Made by a program: the position numbers and the translations under genes. DNA of 64,000 nt from Spirogloea muscicola (lineage: Eukaryota). The stretch lies in contig WELB01000018.1 of assembly GCA_009602725.1 (NCBI GenBank), positions 737,831-801,830 of the forward strand, written 5' to 3'. Shown piece by piece: positions 57,667 through 64,000 of the stretch. How positions within the stretch are numbered: the first letter of the stretch is position 1; the number at the start of each line of letters is the position of its first letter. The notes below the pieces were generated by a model, which saw nothing but the letters and a program-made list of their open reading frames with translations, was not told the origin of the DNA and did no database searches.

Positions 57667-60600
57667 TCAATTTGAGCCAAGGTTCGTATCCGGCAAGTGC
57701 TGGTTTGCAAGAGTGGCGGGCCTGATGGTGGCCAAAACCGGCTCGCTCAACAGAGGCTTCCCATTCTGCAGAGCAGGACATTGTGCTTGCGATTCTAATG
57801 GCCACATGAACAACTTCAAGTCCTTGAGTGAGGGAGGCAGGTAATCCTGTTCCACAGCTCCGTCGTGACTTGGGGGGTAGATATAGTCCTTGCCATAGTT
57901 GAGGTCCTTCATCAACTTTGTTGGAGCATTTTGTAAATGAAGTGGCACAGGCTCGTTCTGTGAGAACAAGCAGCACAACACAGGATTCGATATCATACTT
58001 CACTACCAGGTGAAGGACTGGGCAACAAGTAGCACAGCATACATTCATTTCCAGTGGATGGATTACTCCAGTCCACTGGATCAACCGGGATTGGTCCAAA
58101 GCAACATGGGCGAGGATCATGACAGCCATCCTTATTCACCTGCTTGCTGCCCCGGACCGCCTGCTGAGCAGCCTCGATCCCTCTGCCAATGGTGACAGGC
58201 GAAGCTCATGACATGATGACGAAACTTGCATGCTTTCAGTCTCAGATCATATGACTTGAACAAATAAAAGCAGCAGTGCTGTGGACCCGCATCCTACCTT
58301 GCCAGTATCTCTTAAGCAACAGTTGCTCACCTATACACGGCAACTGACTTGGGAGCGAGTGCGAGATAGGCTGCGCACTGTGCAAGATTCACGTTGCACT
58401 CGGGCATGCCCAAAAACTGGCACGCCTGCACGTTGGTGAATGACATGAATGGTCAGTCGCTATTGCTTTCTTCCTCAGGAACTTGTGCAGAGCTCAACTC
58501 GTATCTAGGGGTTGATGGTCCTCAAATAACACCATCTGATTACACAAGAATCAGAGAGCATATCCAGGCATTAATTTTGGGGTGTAAGCTAGTATGTAAA
58601 AGTGCCTGAATATCGGGTTTGTAGCTGAAGCTCACCTGGAATGTGGCCACGGCCTGCACCAGGGCCTGGGGGTCCGCGAGGCCCACGTCCTCGGAGGCAA
58701 AACGCACGAGCCGCCGCACCACGTACAGGGGGCCCTCACCGCCCTCAAGCATCCGCGCCAGCCAATACAGCGCGGCATTGGCGTCCCCGCCTCGCATGGA
58801 CTTGTGAAGCGCGCTGATGATGTTGTAGTGCTCGTCGCCAGTCTTGTCGTACGCCACATGGGAGCGCTGCAGCGCGCTCCTGACAGCTGCAAGGGCAACC
58901 TCCACCACTCGCCTTGGCGTGCCCGCGGTCTGTGCATGGCCATCACTGTCCTCAAACCCGCCATTGCTGAGCGTGGGGAAGTCTTCAGCACCTTCGGGCT
59001 GTCCACTCCTTGCAATGGGCTCCTCAGAGCTCAGCACGGCTTGCTCAGCACGGGTTGTTGCGGCTGCTGCGTCTTCAGCCACGGCCGCCAGGGCAGCCAT
59101 CTCCAGCGTGCCCAGCGCTGCCCTGGCATCGCCATCTGCTGCTGCTGCCAGAAACTGCAAAGCATCGTCCGCCACAACCACCTGGGCAGTTGACGACCTG
59201 GCGGAGGTAGCCTCCTGGACTTGCTCGAGTATGGTCATTGGGAGGCCATGCTGCTCGTCAGAGACGGCACGCCGCAGCAGACTGAGGACGTCGCCGGGCT
59301 GCAGCTTGTTCAGCGTGAACACCTTGCACCTGGACAGCAGGGCTGGCAATGGAGGAGGTGGAGCGGGACAGTCAGGGTAATGTGGGCTTCCTCTCATCTC
59401 CTCTCATCTCAGCAGAGGGACCATCTTCGATGAGAATGACAAATGCTGCACTTGATGCCATAAGATGGCGAATCTCCAAGTGAGGGTCACCTGAGTTGAG
59501 CTCAAAGGAGGGGTTCTCGGTTGTCGCGCCGACCAGAATCACATCCCCCGCCTGCTCCCTGGTCACAAGGAGCTCGTCAGCTCGTGCTGCTGGTTGCCAA
59601 GAGCAGGCATTCGCGAGGCGCTCACAGTGAGCTTGCAAAGTGCACAATGCTCAAGATGGGGACCTGAGTGTGCGCTGCTAACTACAGCAACATAAACACG
59701 GGGCTCCCCGTACCTCAACAGCAGGGAGGAATGCGTCCTGCTGGCTCTTGTTGAAGCGGTGCACCTCGTCAACGAAAAGTAAGGTTCGCTGATGAAGAAG
59801 CAGAGGAGAGTGAAAGGAAAGATGGTGGAATCAAGTTAGTTGGTTTGGCATTGCAAAGCAGATGATCCACCATCATTCATGTCAGCACCAGCTGTGGTAC
59901 ATGGTTGATTTGTCATTGAGAATGTGTCACGAAGTCAGAGGGTCAGAGCACAGTCAAATCGAATTTCGGGTCTTGGAGACAATACCTGTCCACACTTTCT
60001 GGTGGCCTTGGCAGCGTCCAGAACTGCCCTCACGTCCTTGACTCCGCTCGTGACGGCCGAGAGCGCCACATATCTGGAGCGCCACACCGCACTCGAGAGT
60101 CAGGTCCAGAAAGTCGTAGCTGTGCGAAGACAGCTACTAGAATTTGTCAATTTCTCACCAATGGAAAGACTTTTAGGTGTAGCAGCTGAAGCTGACCTGA
60201 AGGAGACCATTTGCGAGATGATGCGTGCAAGTGTGGTCTTCCCGCTGCCCGGCGGGCCCCAGAGGATCATGGATGGCACGGCACCTTTGGCGAGCAGCTT
60301 GCGCAAAATTCTGCCAGGCCCGAGAAGGTGGTCCTGGCCAGCAATGTCGTCCAAGGACCGCGGCCGCATACGCTCCGCCAGCGGCGTGAATGGCGCATCG
60401 GTTACGACACGGCGGTGCTGCCGAGCTGAGGCGTGGTGGGCGCCCAGTTGCTGCCGTTCTCCGGCAGCAGCCAGCCGTGGCCGCTTGGGGCCGCGCTGGT
60501 CCAACGGCTGCACGTCGTCCGAGCCGGACGTATCCCTCGGAGGCGGCTGTGCACTCGTGCACCAGTCGTTCACCTCAGGCTGGGGCGGGACCAAGTTCGG

Positions 60601-61335
60601 GCTTCCAACGGCTTCCTCAGATGCAGCAGGGGCTGCTGCGTCTGTCAGCGGCATCGTCGGCGGCTTCCCAGCGCCATCCGCCGTCGCCGCCAGTTGAGGC
60701 CCGGCGAAGAAGCGGTCTACTCGCGCCTGGTGCTTCTCTGCAGCAGCCCAAGCGTCCCGGAGCTTGTCAAGTGGGGGCCCTCTACGACGCGACTTGACAC
60801 AAGCCGAGCAACTGGAGCTGCTGGGTTTGACTGGTGTATACTATGGATGACAGATTGAGTAATGCATCATGGTTTTAATCAGTCTTCAGGCCTTCAATTT
60901 GGCAGCACTCACACCACTGAGAGTTTGATCATCATCGAGAAGGCCCCTCAAACCTGCAGTCCAATTCCAGCTGATCAACTTAGACCTCTGCGGCTACGGG
61001 CTTTGGAGGTGCTCGGACCTGCGAGGAATGGGGGGCAGTCCGGCGGTGGCGCCGCCGCGGCGGCCCTGCGCTGCCCTCCACGCAGAAGCCACTCCATGGC
61101 CGCCTCGGCGGAGCCGGCGCCGGTGGCGGCCAGCGCTCGGGCGGCCTGCGCGCGGTCGGAGGCGGCTCAGCGGGCTCCGCAGAAGCCATGGCGGCTCTGA
61201 GCACGGAGTATAAGAAGGCTCGGCGGACGTCTCGGGGGCTCTCTGAGTGTGGAGTCCGCGACGGACCTCGTCACGGCCGAAGCCCATGTCCACGAGCCTG
61301 GCGACGGCGGCCTCCGGCGGCCCGCCGTCCGCCAT
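57667..61335 (-). CDS. WRNIP1: WRNIP1/Mgs1/RarA AAA+ ATPase with N-terminal UBA-like motif, multi-exon
   Basis: [104 protein letters not shown]. Confidence 0.95.
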
Positions 61336-61584
61336 GGCGCTGGGCCGTCGCCAGAGGGAGCGTCCCTAGCCGCCGCCGTCGCAGGGCGGAGGCAGGAGCG
61401 CAGGGCGCCGCCGCGGAGCCGCGGCCATGGCGGCCGCAGGCTGAGTTGCAGGGGTCGTGATCGGCGGTTTCGAGAATTGAACAGTGGACTCAGATCCAAA
61501 AATGGGCGGGAACCGTGAATGGCCATCCCAGAAAGAGTGGGCAAATCCCAAACTCAATCCCTAATCCATAAGGGCCACCAAGGC

Positions 61585-61880
61585 GCCAAATCCACACAGC
61601 TATGCAAGGGACTACAGCGATTGGGAGCTCAGTGACCCCGAGTCAGCAGCCGCAGGTCGGAGTTACTTGCAGCTGGGGGTTTCGGTGATCGATCGCGTAA
61701 GCTTGTTACTGGGCGGGTCAGCTTAGCAGCAGGTGATGTACAACGTCAACATGCTTGCCTTTGTACTTGGCCACTCAGGCCCCCCATCACTCAGTCGACA
61801 CTCCGTTTCCCTCTAAGCTCATCCAAAGGGGGTGAGGACTGTGGAATGCCAGCCCGGTAAGAATGGAGAAGGTCCGGTAT
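61585..61880. mobile_element. cluster of three CRE-like tail remnants upstream of WRNIP1
   Basis: Minus SDLRLLTRGH* (stop 61629). Plus subfamily-2 UTR at 61706-61793 matching 28549-28640. Minus hairpin tail with TTTGGATGAGCT at 61816-61875. Confidence 0.7.
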
Positions 61881-61972
61881 TGGTGATCGAGGTCCGGAGT
61901 TCTATTCAGAATTGCCGCTGTAAGAGGATGCCCGAAAGAACCCCGCGGAACTCGTGACCAGAGTGCGCATGG

Positions 61973-64000
61973 TCAGGAGTGAGGCGGGTAGACCGACCAA
62001 AGTGCAATGGTGGCGTCACGTGAAGATGAAGCCAGCAGCGCGCCATCTGGTGAGAAGGCCAGGCTTGTGACCTGCTCCCAAGGCACCAACCCCCACAGAT
62101 CAGAGATGGCTACTTGATGATGATCTGATAAGCCTGTCGGCCTGGAATGCTCCATGCATTCGTGTGAAAAAGCGAGCGAGGAGCATCGGATGATCCGACG
62201 AGAGAGCGCTAGACAGGCCTCTAGCTTGCACCTCTGCTGCATGGTACTTAAGGATGGCCAGCGGCCTCTGCCGCTTGTAGTCATAGATTCGAACCCTAGA
62301 CAACAAAACCACTCATATCTGTGTTAATCACAGCAGTTTGCATCTCATATACATCAAAGTAAGCCGCATGTTGTTCTTGTTCAGGCAACACGTGGCACGG
62401 ACAAAAGCACATGGGAAGTGGAGAAGAATTTGCAAAGGCAGGGAGTTTGCAATTAAGATCTGCATCTGGGCTTGGTGAGCACCTGTGGTCCCACCCGGCA
62501 GTCGCTGCTAGGCGGTCGTCCCAGCGGATAGCCGTATCAGCTATGCCAGGCCGCCCTTGCGCAACCTCCCTCACAATGCTCGCAGTACCCTACAAATGCA
62601 CAACCATGAGCAAGTGAGCAACGCAATCGCTAGATCTAGAACAGGGACCAATGAAACACACTTCCATCTGAATCAACACTGACTCTGTCAATGAGGGAGA
62701 TGCGCAGATACCTCGGCTGCATCCAATGTGAAGAAGGCAGCCTTCTCCCCTGCAGAGCCAGCCAAGCCTCCAGCACACTTGCTGTCGATGGACAGGGCCA
62801 GGACTGCAACAGCCAGGGCCACGTCAAGGTGCATGAAGCCATTGCAGGACTTTGGAAAGTGGTGAAGGACTGCAAGTCATTGACCTGATCGCTCCTCATG
62901 CAAGCAGCGAGCAGCAATTCCCCACCGGGCTCCTTGCTGATCTGCACAGTGGCTATGGGCGAGGAGACATCTCGCAGGTCCCACAGCCCGACGCTGCCGT
63001 CTTCATACCTGCAAGTTAATACAAGAAGGCAAGACTGCTCAGGTCACACTCCAGGATGGCTAGATCAATTGTCTGGACATAACAGAAGGACCCCTCACCC
63101 AGCGACCAGCGCATACTGGCCCGCCATGCTCGGCCACTGGCAAAGCTCCACCGCCATGCACATGCCTGCAGCAACTCAATCTGTGTACTGTTTAGCACTT
63201 TGTCATCACTTGATCAGGGTGAAATTGAGCACTTCATCTTCATCACAGACATGCAGCCACAGTTCACGTCGCCCTGCACCTTCAGCTGTTGCTACGCTAC
63301 TGGGAATGTATTGGACGGCCCAGACTGGCACAGCAACACATGTCAGCAACTGTGCCGGCACCTGCACTTGGAGGGCCTCCAGCATCGGTGCTGGCAGGGC
63401 TGCTTCCAGATGCAGGAGTGTGGCGGATATGCGCGACACAGTCGCCATTGTGGACGTCCCAGATCTCTGCCTGAGGTGATCCAGAAGGAGGAATAAGAGA
63501 TGCACAATCGTGACGCAAAATGTCTGAAATATCTCTGGCGACTGACAAGCTGTGTGTGAAGACCTACTATGGAAGGCTCGGAGCCGGCCACTGCTATCAA
63601 GGTCGATCCGCGGGCCTCGTCGTCAGGCACTGCGCTTACACATAGCAGCGCAGGTAAGCATCCAAACAATCTCCTATGGGAATTGAGATTGTTGGAAAGT
63701 GGGGCTGCCAGACAACCTTCCGAGCTTGACGCCAGCAATGTTTTCGAGTTCAAACAGATTGCGAGCTCAAACTGTGACTAAATGCTGCAAATAAAGAGGC
63801 CAACTTGCTCAGACTCTTGTGGCTGCCACACACGCTGCGGATGCAACAAGCCAGCCAGCGTGTGAGATTAACCTAGGTACTCTTATGACAGTAGCAGTAG
63901 TTGGTTGTCCAGGGCATGCCTGAGAACCTGGAGAAAGGGCTGCTGCTCGAAGTCTGCACGATCGAGCTTTTGTCCTCCGATGCAGCACCCACTTTCCCCG
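61973..64000 (-). CDS. GNB1L: WD40 protein DSE1/TANMEI/ALT2 (GNB1L/ASA1 family), 5' part outside window
   Basis: AEIWDV, GMCMAV, AGYEDGSVGLWD, PGIADTAIRWDDRLAATAGWDHR/VRIYDYKRQRPLAILKYH/VTSLAFSPDGALLASSSRDATIALWSVYPP. Confidence 0.87.

Overview
Gene-dense, GC-rich, intron-rich eukaryotic DNA from a draft assembly with three N-gaps and four single-N joins. The gene content (CrRLK1L kinase, group-III CDPK, SRC2, DSE1/GNB1L, B12D, ATL-type RING) points to a streptophyte, most likely a streptophyte alga; that assignment is inference. Sixteen spliced or partial protein genes can be modelled by eye: ATL-like RING-H2, RPT4, MMS21, a TPR protein, a thioredoxin-fold protein, PAG1, VHA-G, LSM5, SRC2-like C2 protein, CDPK, an FAD oxidoreductase, B12D-like, CrRLK1L, MHF2/CENP-X, WRNIP1 and DSE1/GNB1L. 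The main non-genic signal is a CRE-like (restriction-like endonuclease) non-LTR retrotransposon. There is one 5'-truncated copy with an uninterrupted 776-codon RT-endonuclease frame and about 13 further short 3' remnants from several subfamilies. The remnants share the ORF terminus L(T/S)RG(Y/H)*, and most carry a GGGCTG-loop-CAGCC(C) hairpin tail. They pile up, in both orientations, in six intergenic clusters, each just upstream of a gene's GC-rich promoter island. Exon boundaries and family calls are from manual motif reading, not database searches.
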